A stretch of DNA of 64,000 bases, from NCBI GenBank assembly GCA_040289575.1, contig PSLL01000003.1, forward strand, positions 35,739 to 99,738, in the 5' to 3' direction. The notes below the pieces were generated by a model, which ran no database searches, had not been told where the DNA came from, and saw nothing but the letters and a program-made list of their open reading frames with translations. The stretch comes from Candidatus Dadabacteria bacterium (lineage in GTDB: Bacteria; Desulfobacterota_D; UBA1144; Nemesobacterales; CSP1-2). Within the stretch, counting starts at the first letter, position 1. Every line of letters begins with the position of its first letter. Shown here in pieces: positions 51,537 through 61,214 of the stretch. The position numbers and the translations under genes were made by a program.

Positions 51537-52007
51537 TTAAGATGTTTCTTTCAATAACTCATACCAGAAATCTGTAATTCTTCCTTCTCTCTTTCTTTTG
51601 AAAACCACCTTTACCCTTGATCCAATCTTAATCTTCTTTAAAGCTTCATTTAAGTCTTCCAGGTCTACTCCCTTTACGAAATTAACCATAGATGTACTTG
51701 CCCCATTGAGCAGGACGTAGGCTATGGCATAAGGCGGGTCGGGAAGCCCTTTGAACCTTCCATATACAATTGTAAAGGCTTGAATCGTCCCCTCAGTGCC
51801 GACCTTCACCCATTCATCTGTTTGAACAAAACACCTCTCACAATACGAACGAGGTGGAAGGAGTACCCTTTTGCATACCGGACACCTCCTTCCGAGTATC
51901 TCTTTTCTATCAATAATGGCCCTAAAGAATGCGCTTCCCACCTCTCCTGCGGCGTGATTGAATTTTATATTCCAGGCCTGAGGGATAAATATGAGTTCTC
52001 TTTCCAT
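51537..52007 (-). CDS. DUF35 Zn-ribbon/OB-fold protein (ChsH2-like)
   Basis: GRRCPVC...PPRSYCERC, G.I.AFT, PPYA.A.V.L.GA, GRITDF. Confidence 0.92.
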   Translation of the reverse strand: MERELIFIPQAWNIKFNHAAGEVGSAFFRAIIDRKEILGRRCPVCKRVLLPPRSYCERCFVQTDEWVKVGTEGTIQAFTIVYGRFKGLPDPPYAIAYVLLNGASTSMVNFVKGVDLEDLNEALKKIKIGSRVKVVFKRKREGRITDFWYELLKETS

Positions 52008-52009
52008 CT

Positions 52010-53197
52010 CTAAATCCTATTTGACAATACTGTCACCGTGTAGAACTGTAGTGAGCCGCCCTCTCCAGTAGCCACAGCGGTTCTCGCCCTTTTAACCTGT
52101 CTTTCCCCCGCCCTCTCCATTAACTGAATTGTAGACTCCGCAACCCTGACTAATGCCGTGACACTTATCGGATTTGCAGTAAGCACCCCACCAGATGGAT
52201 TTATCGGTATTCTTCCATCCATATTGAATATCCCCTTTTCATTATATATGCCTGATTCGCCCCTTTCACAAAACCCAAGAGCCTCCACTGCCGCAAGCTC
52301 CGTGGATGTAAAAGGTGCATATATCTCGGCAAAGTCGATTTCCTTCCCTGGATTCTTTATCTCCGCCATCTGATAAGCCCCTTTTGCCGCCAAAAACAAA
52401 CCCTCGGCATCGGCATAGTCATTAATCCCAGAGCCATCCATCCTGTCGCCTATGAAGTATGAGTTTGTACACCCGGCAATGCCTTTTATCCACGCCACAT
52501 TCTTCTTATTGAGTTTCCTTATAAACCTCTCAGAAGCCATCACAATCGCGCATCCTCCTGTTGACCTGGGACAGCAGTCATAGAGTTTTATTGGATAGCA
52601 AATCATCCTTGAGTTTAATACATCTTCTACTGTGATTTCTCCTCTTATGTGTGCATAAGGATTCTTCAGGGCATTTTTTCTGCTCCTTACCGCGACAAGC
52701 GCCATCTGGTATTCGGATGTTCCGTATTTTTTCATGTGCCTCACTGCCTGGAATGAACACATGTTTACGGCGTTGATCGCAACTGTCCTCTCATAAATCG
52801 GGTCAAAAATCCGATTAAGAACATTTTGCGCATCTGGTGTCTCGCCCATCTTTTCAGCTCCTACGACAAGAATGCAATCAAAGAGCCCGGATGCAATGTG
52901 AAAAAAGCCCGCATGTACCGCCGAGCCTCCGGTTGTGCCCCCTGTATGAACCCTAATAAACGGCTTTCTATAGCCACCTACCGCTCCGGCACACCACTTT
53001 TCTCCCGACTCCATCCCTTCCAATGAATCAAGCGCAAGTGAAAAAACCACGGCGTCTATATCCTTAATCTCAATCTTCCCATCTTCTAGGGCAAGAACCG
53101 TGGCCTCTCTTGCAATCTCAGTTAAGGTAGCATCATCCCTTTTTGTAGTGTATTCCGTCTGCCCTACTCCGATGATTCCTATGTTACGGGGTTTCAT
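52010..53197 (-). CDS. SCP-x-type thiolase-family protein (Ltp3-like)
   Basis: IIGVGQT, RVHTGGTTGGS, NALKNPYAH, EIYAPF, PINPSGGVL..NPI. Confidence 0.88.
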   Translation of the reverse strand: MKPRNIGIIGVGQTEYTTKRDDATLTEIAREATVLALEDGKIEIKDIDAVVFSLALDSLEGMESGEKWCAGAVGGYRKPFIRVHTGGTTGGSAVHAGFFHIASGLFDCILVVGAEKMGETPDAQNVLNRIFDPIYERTVAINAVNMCSFQAVRHMKKYGTSEYQMALVAVRSRKNALKNPYAHIRGEITVEDVLNSRMICYPIKLYDCCPRSTGGCAIVMASERFIRKLNKKNVAWIKGIAGCTNSYFIGDRMDGSGINDYADAEGLFLAAKGAYQMAEIKNPGKEIDFAEIYAPFTSTELAAVEALGFCERGESGIYNEKGIFNMDGRIPINPSGGVLTANPISVTALVRVAESTIQLMERAGERQVKRARTAVATGEGGSLQFYTVTVLSNRI

Positions 53198-53213
53198 CTC
53201 ATTTTAGTAAAGC

Positions 53214-53269
53214 GATACAAGATGCATGATACATGTGGTGTACTATGTTTTTATCAAGCATCTTGTATC
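53214..53269. repeat. Long intergenic inverted repeat between the thiolase genes
   Basis: GATACAAGATGC (53214-53225) / GCATCTTGTATC (53258-53269), extending to ~18 bp with one mismatch. Built from GATACAA/GATGCAT/GATACAT heptamers. Confidence 0.65.
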
Positions 53270-53288
53270 AATCATCTTAAATCCCGAT

Positions 53289-54422
53289 TTAGCTTCCAAG
53301 TATCACCACAGAACTCCCCTGGGAAAATATCCCAGTAAACCCATGAGCTAGAGCCAATCCCGCATTCTTTACCTGTCTTTTCCCTGCTCTTCCCGTCACC
53401 TGAAGTGCCGCTTCTGCAACCCTCACAAGGCTCGATGCAAAAATCGGATTTGAAGAGAGGATTCCACCTGAGGGATTTACTGGGAGTTCCCCACCGAGCT
53501 CTGTGATTTTATTCCTGATAAGACTTTTCCCCTCTCCATCACGGCAGAATCCCAAGGCCTCGTATATCATCATCTCATGATACGGAGTAACATCGCTTAA
53601 TTCTGCAATATCAATCTCAATAAGAGGATTCTTGACCTTTGCCATCTTGTAAGCCATCTGAGACGACCTCCTTAAAGAAGAGAGATTGAATAACTCTCTA
53701 TCACCGGCATAGTATTCTTCAACCGACCATCCAATACCCCGTATCCAGGCACAATCTCTGTTAAGAGATTTTGCCCTCTTTCTTGATGCGATAACCAAAG
53801 CACACGCACCATCCGATTTGGGTGGGATATAAATCTCTCTTATAGGATAAGAAACAAACCTACTCGACATTATCTCTTCTCTTGATGGTCTATGCGAAAT
53901 GTGAGAAAGCGGGTTCTTTAGGGCATTTCCCCTGTTTTTTAGAACTACCCTTGCGGCATCTTCATCCTTAACATCCGCTTTGCCCATATAAGCCGAAGCC
54001 TCAATGGCAACCGAGCTTATATAATTAAGTCCCAACACACGTGTATATAACGGCTCAAAAGCCCATTTACTAACTAAGTCGGGGGATGTCTCAGATGACT
54101 TGGTCCAGCTTACGATAAGCGAGTTCTCAAATACACCTGATGCCACCCTCAAATATCCCAATATAAGCCCATAAATCCCGCCGTCCGAAACCTTGACCTC
54201 ATCCTTTAGATAGGCGCCGCTAGAGCCCGCCGTTAGCATATTTGATATTGCACGCCCGTCGATTTCATCCGATGCGGCGGTGACAACGCTCTCTATTTCC
54301 TCCCTTTGGAGACCCGCGTCATCGAGTGCCTTCTTTGTGGCCTCAAACACCATCTCATCAATTGACTGTTTCTTTTTTTCTCCATAAGTGGTTTGTCCAA
54401 TACCGATTATGGCGACATTCAA
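53289..54422 (-). CDS. SCP-x-type thiolase-family protein (Ltp4-like)
   Basis: VAIIGIGQT, NALKNP, SDGACA, PVNPSGG.LSSNP, LAHG. TTG start at 54422 inferred from the RBS. Confidence 0.87.
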   Translation of the reverse strand: MNVAIIGIGQTTYGEKKKQSIDEMVFEATKKALDDAGLQREEIESVVTAASDEIDGRAISNMLTAGSSGAYLKDEVKVSDGGIYGLILGYLRVASGVFENSLIVSWTKSSETSPDLVSKWAFEPLYTRVLGLNYISSVAIEASAYMGKADVKDEDAARVVLKNRGNALKNPLSHISHRPSREEIMSSRFVSYPIREIYIPPKSDGACALVIASRKRAKSLNRDCAWIRGIGWSVEEYYAGDRELFNLSSLRRSSQMAYKMAKVKNPLIEIDIAELSDVTPYHEMMIYEALGFCRDGEGKSLIRNKITELGGELPVNPSGGILSSNPIFASSLVRVAEAALQVTGRAGKRQVKNAGLALAHGFTGIFSQGSSVVILGS

Positions 54423-54459
54423 CAGTAGGAATCCCCTCTCCTGTTTACAAAGTCTCAAA

Positions 54460-54758
54460 TTATCTGGCGATAATTGATTCTTCTTTTACCAATATATACC
54501 ACCCTCAATGGTTAGAACCTTATACCACCCCTTTATCGGCCCATAAACCCACCTCTCAATTACCTTTTCTATCCTTTGACCCGGTGTTAATGTGTATCCT
54601 ATTATCTCTCTTGAAATGGGTTCACCACATCTGCTGAGAATTAGAAAACTGGGATCACCCCTTGAAACAAACTTTTGACCGCATATGAATGCGGAAGCGT
54701 TATCTACAATCGAAAACAGAAGAATCACTATTAGAAGTAGACAAAGTGATTTCTTCAT
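54460..54758 (-). CDS. Secreted DUF2845-like protein with a probable 2-nt slip near the 3' end
   Basis: Signal peptide, F.CG..FVS.GD....L..CGEP, ERWVYGP..G....L.IEGG. The ATATAT run gives an early stop at 54486; the other frame reads LVKEESIIAR*. Confidence 0.75.
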
Positions 54759-54824
54759 CTTACTCTCCCAACCTTCAATTGGTTGTTTATTTGACAATAC
54801 ACTTTAAAAGGATTATCTTCTAGA

Positions 54825-55964
54825 TCAAAGCTCAAGCCGTTTCGATATAATTTCTCTCATTATCTCCGATGTCCCGGCTCCGATTGTGAGAACGCGTGCA
54901 TCCCTGTAGAAACGCTCTACTGGAAATTCACGCATATATCCGTATCCGCCGTGGATCTGGAGGGCATCGTAAGCAATCCGGTTTGCGACCTCTGTTGTAA
55001 AAAGCTTTGTCATGGATATTTCTTTATCCGTTGCCCTCCCCTGACTGAAAAGCCAAGAGACATAGTATGTAAGCTGACGCGCAGCCTCAATCTGGGTTGT
55101 CATATCGGCGATTCTATGGCGGATTATCTGAATCTTTGAGAGTGGGCGATCAAAAACAACCCTCTCGCGGGCATATGCAATAGTGTCTTCAAGCGCCTTT
55201 TGTGATGCAGAGACGGATATGATTGATACTACGAGTCTCTCGCGCTGGAAGTTCTTCATAATCTCACAGAACCCCTCACCTTCTTGTCCAATGAGATTTT
55301 CGGCGGGGACTCTACAGTCTTCAAAGAAAATCTCCGCCGTATCAGAACACAGCCACCCCATTTTACTGAGCTTTCTCCCGACCTTTAGACCCGGTGTTCC
55401 CTTCTCAACAATGAAAATAGATATACCTTTATGACGGGCGCGTTCATTTAATCCGCCCACAAAATAAATATCCGCGCTTAGGCCATTTGTGATAAAGATT
55501 TTACTCCCGTTTAGGACATAGTATTTCCCATCCCTTACGGCGTATGTATGGATTCCGGCCACATCGGAGCCACCGCTCGGCTCAGTAACCGCGATGGCAC
55601 AGATCTTTTCTCCTTTAATTATTTGAGGAAGGTATCTTCTTCTTTGTTCCTCGGTCCCTGAAAAGAGATGGGGAGAGGCCATATCGGTATGCACAGTCAC
55701 GCTTATCGGAAACCCCATTGAGCCGCATCTTGAAATCTCTTCAATAAAAACCAGTGTGGATATAAAATCCGCACCTGCTCCGCCATACTCCTCGGGATAC
55801 TCAATTCCCAAAAAACCGAGCTCTCCCATTCGCCTCCACACCCATTGCGGAATCTCCTGTTTTTCTTCCCATTCTTCTGTGTGCGGAATTACCTCTTTCT
55901 CGACAAACTGACGAACAGTCCTGCGCAATATACGGTGCTCATCCCCGAATATCCACGATGTCAT
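54825..55964 (-). CDS. Acyl-CoA dehydrogenase
   Basis: AVTEPSGGSD, NGSKIFITNG, DTAE..F, QRERL, LQIHGGYGY, I.AGTSEIM. Confidence 0.96.
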   Translation of the reverse strand: MTSWIFGDEHRILRRTVRQFVEKEVIPHTEEWEEKQEIPQWVWRRMGELGFLGIEYPEEYGGAGADFISTLVFIEEISRCGSMGFPISVTVHTDMASPHLFSGTEEQRRRYLPQIIKGEKICAIAVTEPSGGSDVAGIHTYAVRDGKYYVLNGSKIFITNGLSADIYFVGGLNERARHKGISIFIVEKGTPGLKVGRKLSKMGWLCSDTAEIFFEDCRVPAENLIGQEGEGFCEIMKNFQRERLVVSIISVSASQKALEDTIAYARERVVFDRPLSKIQIIRHRIADMTTQIEAARQLTYYVSWLFSQGRATDKEISMTKLFTTEVANRIAYDALQIHGGYGYMREFPVERFYRDARVLTIGAGTSEIMREIISKRLEL

Positions 55965-56100
55965 CCCTACATCACACTCCCCTCACCAGATCAAACAAAC
56001 TACAATTAGATACTACAAATTAAGTATATCACCTTGCAGATAAATCCGAAAGTTATAGATTCGGGTAGATTTTCCCCTTTTGACTTGGTGAAATAATTGT

Positions 56101-56129
56101 TTGACTTTACATAACGTAGTTTGTACAAT
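56101..56129 (+). promoter_or_regulatory. Sigma70-like promoter of the oxidoreductase operon
   Basis: TTGACT (56101-56106), 17-nt spacer, TACAAT (56124-56129). Confidence 0.6.
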
Positions 56130-56220
56130 TTAAATGGGTAGGCGGTCATTGGGGAATGATTAATGTCTCTGTCTGGGATGAAACAGATCTATAAATATCT
56201 GTTTAATTTGGGGAAGAATA

Positions 56221-57765
56221 ATGACAGTAGACCTTTATGATAGAGATGTTGAAAGACAGTTGCTCACTCAAGGGGGAAGAGAGTATTTTGCCAGTGGAGC
56301 AACTGTAATTGTCAAATCCCTTCTCCAGAGTGGAATATCCTATTTTGCCAGCTATCCCGGCTCCCCTACATCAACTGTTACCAGCCTAGTAGATAGGGTC
56401 AAACACACCGTATTAAAGGACATTGCTATACAAGAATCCACAAACGAGGCGGCGGCTGCGGCGACGCTCAGAGCCTCCATAAGCAATCCTGTGCGTGGTG
56501 CAGTTGCATTCAAGGTCGTCGGATTCAATGTTGCCTCAGATGCAATAGCCCACATATCTTCATCCGGTGTTACGGGTGGGGCCCTAATCCTAGTTGGAGA
56601 AGACTACGGATGCAATAACACCATAGTTGCTGAAAAAACCCTCCCCTATGCCTATAAATCCGGACTCCCGATACTCGATCCGGGCGCATCGCTTCAGCAC
56701 CTTTCGGATTTAATAGAAGACGGGTTTGCCCTGTCGGAATACTCCGGTATGCCGGTGATTGTCCTTGTAAGGAGCAGAGTCGGATACATGTCACAGATAG
56801 TAAAGGCCAGGGATAATAAAAGACCCGAAAAGATTACAGTGCGTGAGGAGATCCTGGAGAAGCTACCATTTCCACCTTATACACAGATGCAGGAGTCAGA
56901 GAAGTACAACATCAGGCTCCCAAGGGCGGTGGAGTTCTTAAAGACAGCCAGGATAAATAAGACTTATAACCATAGGCACTCAAATAAAATGGGAATCATA
57001 ACTCATGGTATATTGACAAGTACAGTACAGAAGGTCCTTGCATCCATGGGTAATGAGTGTCCTATTTATTCTCTCCACTGTCTATACCCTATTGTAGAAG
57101 ATGAGTTAATCCGGTTCCTCTCAGATAAAGAAACGGTGCTTATAGTGGAAGAAGGGATGCCCAATCTCATTGAAAAGGAGATCAGGGCTATATCACAATC
57201 AAATGGACTCACGACAAGGATCTTAGGGAAAGGGATCATACCAAAGGCGGGCGAAATCTCTTATGAAACCGTGATTGAAGGTTTATCTAGGTTCTTTGGA
57301 GTTTCGGTTAATTCAAACGGAGGAATTCCCGACATTGAGATTCCCGAAAGGCACCCAACATTCTGCACGGGTTGCCCTGAAAGACCCATATTTTCGGCGA
57401 TAAAGATTCTTAAAAGGCAAAACCCCAAGGCGCGATTCCTCTTTAGCAGCGACATCGGATGTTATGCTCTAGGGGGATTGCCTCCTTTTAATCTTAAAGG
57501 CTCTATTACGGGGATGGGCACGGGAATGGCAAACTCTGGCACGCTCTCAAAGGTGAGAGGGGAAAGGGCAATTGCATTTATGGGAGATGGAGCATTCTGG
57601 CACAGCGGACTTACAACGAGCATTGCAAACGCATTGAGATTCGATCAAGACGCAGTGCTTATAATCTTCTATAACTACCATACCGCTATGACCGGCCATC
57701 AGAAGAATCTCTCTACTCCACCTGAACTGAGTCTAAAGAGCCTCAAGGGGTTGGAGAACAAATGA
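56221..57765 (+). CDS. iorA: Indolepyruvate-type 2-oxoacid:ferredoxin oxidoreductase alpha subunit, N-terminal part
   Basis: YPGSP, STNE, VEEG.PN.IE, P.FCTGCPER, DIGC, TPP motif GDGAFWHSG, TAMTGHQ. Confidence 0.85.
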   Translation: MTVDLYDRDVERQLLTQGGREYFASGATVIVKSLLQSGISYFASYPGSPTSTVTSLVDRVKHTVLKDIAIQESTNEAAAAATLRASISNPVRGAVAFKVVGFNVASDAIAHISSSGVTGGALILVGEDYGCNNTIVAEKTLPYAYKSGLPILDPGASLQHLSDLIEDGFALSEYSGMPVIVLVRSRVGYMSQIVKARDNKRPEKITVREEILEKLPFPPYTQMQESEKYNIRLPRAVEFLKTARINKTYNHRHSNKMGIITHGILTSTVQKVLASMGNECPIYSLHCLYPIVEDELIRFLSDKETVLIVEEGMPNLIEKEIRAISQSNGLTTRILGKGIIPKAGEISYETVIEGLSRFFGVSVNSNGGIPDIEIPERHPTFCTGCPERPIFSAIKILKRQNPKARFLFSSDIGCYALGGLPPFNLKGSITGMGTGMANSGTLSKVRGERAIAFMGDGAFWHSGLTTSIANALRFDQDAVLIIFYNYHTAMTGHQKNLSTPPELSLKSLKGLENK

Positions 57766-58322
57766 AGAAGGGACCCTATCCGTTTCTAAGAAAACTGTAC
57801 GGGAAATCTGAAACAGATATGCAAAAGACACTCAGAGGAATGGGTGTAAAGTGGGTGGATGTGATTGACCCCTATAATGTCGAGGAGTCTTTAGAGGCAA
57901 TCAAAAACGCATACAAGTCAAAATATAAGGGACTCAAGGTAATAATATCGGATGCCGAGTGTGCACTTGAGGCCGGAAGAAAGATAAAGAGGATTGAGTC
58001 GGACGCCATTAGTAAAAATAAAAGGTGGATAGAGAGAAAACTCGGCGTCGATGAGGATGTATGCACGGGAGATCATTCATGCATCTTATATAACGGCTGC
58101 CCTTCGCTTACCGTGAGAAACAATCCGAACCCCCTGAAGGACGACAAGATCGCCTGGATTGATTACTCGTGCATAGGGTGTGGGCTATGTAGCGAGATTG
58201 CCCATATCGCAAGGCTCTGTCCGTCATTCTATCAGGTAGATAGGATCATTAATCCATCCTGTTATGACAGATTTATGTTCAATCTAAGGAATTTTATCAT
58301 AGAAAGGCTGCTAATATTATGA
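57762..58322 (+). CDS. IOR alpha subunit C-terminal part with ferredoxin domain
   Basis: G.KWV...DPY, KVII...EC.L, CTGDHSC...GCPSL, CIGCGLC, LCPSFY. Confidence 0.82.
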   Translation: MKKGPYPFLRKLYGKSETDMQKTLRGMGVKWVDVIDPYNVEESLEAIKNAYKSKYKGLKVIISDAECALEAGRKIKRIESDAISKNKRWIERKLGVDEDVCTGDHSCILYNGCPSLTVRNNPNPLKDDKIAWIDYSCIGCGLCSEIAHIARLCPSFYQVDRIINPSCYDRFMFNLRNFIIERLLIL

Positions 58323-59719
58323 GGATACTTATTCCGTCTGTGGGTGGCCTGGGGGTTGGGGTTTTTGTAGAATGGCTCTCGGCCGCGTTGATTATGGAAG
58401 GACTAAAGCCAAATGTTCTAAACCTTCCCGGGGTAAGCCAGCGCACAGGGCGAACCCTTTCATATATGGAAATTGGCAGTGATGGCACGTCATTCTCTCC
58501 ATTTCCTACAAAGGGCAATATTGATCTTATAATCTCTCATGAGTTTCTTGAACTCCTGCGTGTTCTCAAGGAAGGGTATGGAGGCAAGGGTTGCAATGTC
58601 ATCGGAACAACATACAGGTACTATACGACTTATGAGAAACTCTCACTGAAGCGGGACATATATACATATGAGAATTTCCGTGATGTTATAGAAAAATACT
58701 CTAAAGACCACATAATGGCGGACATATATAAATTGGGTATCTCTGATTTTAGTAACGCCCATCTCCTTGGATTGTTATGCGCCTCGGGATACATGCCCTT
58801 TATTAGACGTGAGACATATGAGAGGGCTATGGAGGCTGTAAGAATAGATACCGAGAGAAACCTAAGGGACTTTAACACTGGGTGCGAACTCTTAGGAAGA
58901 ATAAAGAGGGACTCAAGCCCCTCTGTGATTGATGAGATCAGCCCATGCGATACACCCGATTTATACATTAAAGAATCAATAGAGAGGCTTGGGCTTACTT
59001 ATGGTAAGGATATAAGGGATGTTCTGTTTGAGGCGGTAGGACAAATAATTGATTATCAGGACGTGAAATATGCGAGGCTCTATATCTCCAGGGTCTATGA
59101 TCTCCACTCCGTTCTCGAATCAAATGGAACAGTACGGATAGGCGTAATAAAGGAGTTTGCCAGGGTTCTAGCAATAAGAATGATGTATGAGGATATTATT
59201 AGGGTTGCAGAGAAAAAAATCAGCAGAGGAAGATTTGAGCGGATAAGGAGGCTCTATAGAATTCAGGATAGGGATGTCTTCTGGATTAAGGACTTCTTTG
59301 GACCTGATATTGATGAACTCTATGGTATTCTTCCCAATTTATTGGGGAAGATTTTCGATAGATTGCTTTCAAGATACAGAATCTCTTGGAAGACAGGGAT
59401 GTTTACTAATCATATATCTGGGTTCCTAATTCTTAAGGGAATATCAAAACTCAGATTCTTAAGAAGGCACTCACTTAGATATGCAAAAGAGAATTCACTT
59501 ATTGAGATGTATATTGACCACATAAGGCGATGCTCAGCCCATACTACAGACTCCGCCCTTCTTGCGGCAAAGGGCGGGGCGATTGTTAGGGGCTATGGAG
59601 ACGTGCGCCGGGAGATGGTACAGAAGTGGAAGGAATTCTCTCAATTAACCAATCCCCATATTATGTCTTTATACCTCGATAAGCTCTTCTCTGAAAAGAG
59701 ATTTGAGTCTATGGGTTAA
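58319..59719 (+). CDS. iorB: IOR beta-subunit family protein with a long C-terminal domain
   Basis: VGGLGVG, PGVSQRTG, DYQD..YA..Y, M.YED.IRVA..K, VRGYGDV. Confidence 0.85.
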   Translation: MRILIPSVGGLGVGVFVEWLSAALIMEGLKPNVLNLPGVSQRTGRTLSYMEIGSDGTSFSPFPTKGNIDLIISHEFLELLRVLKEGYGGKGCNVIGTTYRYYTTYEKLSLKRDIYTYENFRDVIEKYSKDHIMADIYKLGISDFSNAHLLGLLCASGYMPFIRRETYERAMEAVRIDTERNLRDFNTGCELLGRIKRDSSPSVIDEISPCDTPDLYIKESIERLGLTYGKDIRDVLFEAVGQIIDYQDVKYARLYISRVYDLHSVLESNGTVRIGVIKEFARVLAIRMMYEDIIRVAEKKISRGRFERIRRLYRIQDRDVFWIKDFFGPDIDELYGILPNLLGKIFDRLLSRYRISWKTGMFTNHISGFLILKGISKLRFLRRHSLRYAKENSLIEMYIDHIRRCSAHTTDSALLAAKGGAIVRGYGDVRREMVQKWKEFSQLTNPHIMSLYLDKLFSEKRFESMG

Positions 59720-59779
59720 TTATTATAGGGAAATTTAGACCCCTCTGTCCTATTATACTGTATCCTTTAATGGTATATT

Positions 59780-60505
59780 TTGATTATGAAACTAAATGGG
59801 AAAACCGCTCTTGTTACGGGTGCAAGCAGGGGAATTGGAAGGGCTGTTGCAAAGGCCTATGTAAGTGAAGGTGCTTCTGTAATGATCTGTGGACGCAGCG
59901 AACTGGCTCTGCGCAGCGCATATCATGAGATTTCTCAATATGGAGAGATAGAATACATACGGGCTGATATCTCGGATAGGTGTGATGTAAAGAGGCTTGC
60001 CGATATAATAGATGGGAAATGGAAGAGGCTTAATATTCTCGTAAATAATGCGAGTATCTTGGGTGTCCGCGCCCCTATCTTAGACTATCCTGAGGACGTT
60101 TGGGAAGAGGTGATTAGGATAAACCTCAATGCCCAGTTCTTTATAACAAAATCTGTTCTTCCATTAATACTCAAATCTCAAAACGGCTCTATTATAAACG
60201 TTAGCTCAAGTGTCGGAAGGCGGGGGGTTGCAAAATGGGGAGCCTATTCGGTATCCAAGTTCGGACTGGAGGGCTTAACCCAGGTCCTTGCAGATGAACT
60301 AAGACCGTTCGGTGTAAGGGTAAACTCAGTAAATCCGGGTGGAACTAGGACAGAAATGAGGGCAGAGGCCTATCCGGGGGAAGACCCGATGACACTGCTA
60401 TCTCCCGAGGATATTACACCCGTTTTTTTATACCTCGTTTCTGACGAGTCAATTGGTGTGACTGGGATGGAATTTAATGCCAGGGATTGGATTACTAAGA
60501 TCTAG
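59780..60505 (+). CDS. SDR-family oxidoreductase (YciK-like)
   Basis: TGASRGIG, NNAS, SSSVGR.G...WGAYSVSK, NPGGTRT.MRA.AYP. Confidence 0.92.
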   Translation: MIMKLNGKTALVTGASRGIGRAVAKAYVSEGASVMICGRSELALRSAYHEISQYGEIEYIRADISDRCDVKRLADIIDGKWKRLNILVNNASILGVRAPILDYPEDVWEEVIRINLNAQFFITKSVLPLILKSQNGSIINVSSSVGRRGVAKWGAYSVSKFGLEGLTQVLADELRPFGVRVNSVNPGGTRTEMRAEAYPGEDPMTLLSPEDITPVFLYLVSDESIGVTGMEFNARDWITKI

Positions 60506-60515
60506 TTGAGATAAT

Positions 60516-61208
60516 CTATGGATATATAAGTACAATCAACTCCTTCGGTCCGTGAACGCCCAATGTGAGGTTAAGCTCAATGTCTGCTGTTCGGCTGGGA
60601 CCTGTGATAAATGTCATACAGCTTGTCGGCTCGGAGCGGTTTTTCACAAGAAAAAATAATTCATCTAGATTCTCAACAACTACATTGGATCTCATGACCG
60701 CTATATGAATCGGTGGGATTAGGGAAATCGAACGCGGCTGCGTTTCATTTGTAATTAGAACTATTGTTCCTGTCTCCGCTATGGCAAAATCCGTCCCTGT
60801 AATTCCAATATCAGCCCTTGCCATCTCATCTTTGTTAATCGGAGAAGCGAGTTGTAAACTCTTATCCAAAATCAAATTGCGGAGGCCTATTAATAAATCC
60901 GATTCCCACATTGCCAGTAGCTTGGCATTGTATTCTTCTATCAGCCTTGTAATAAATCCTCTAATTTCATCCTCTCCTCTTCCAACCATTACCCTTCCGC
61001 CTGCCTTTGTAATCTCATCTATAAATCGGTTTATCAAATCCCATTTCTTTTCTTCTAGCCTCTCACGAACCTCTGTAATCCTCTGTTGAATCCATTTACC
61101 GTCGGTTGGAGGAGGGAAAATAGTTTCTTTTTCTTCTATTGTATTTGAAGGACCCCGAAGTCCGGTTTTTATACGCCTTAGAATCTCTTTCCTTGAATCT
61201 CCGCTCAT
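60516..61208 (-). CDS. lutC: Lactate utilisation protein C (LUD domain)
   Basis: AIAETGT, R..SL.PP.H, ITGPSRTADIE....GVHGP. Confidence 0.92.
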   Translation of the reverse strand: MSGDSRKEILRRIKTGLRGPSNTIEEKETIFPPPTDGKWIQQRITEVRERLEEKKWDLINRFIDEITKAGGRVMVGRGEDEIRGFITRLIEEYNAKLLAMWESDLLIGLRNLILDKSLQLASPINKDEMARADIGITGTDFAIAETGTIVLITNETQPRSISLIPPIHIAVMRSNVVVENLDELFFLVKNRSEPTSCMTFITGPSRTADIELNLTLGVHGPKELIVLIYP

Positions 61209-61214
61209 TAGTTT

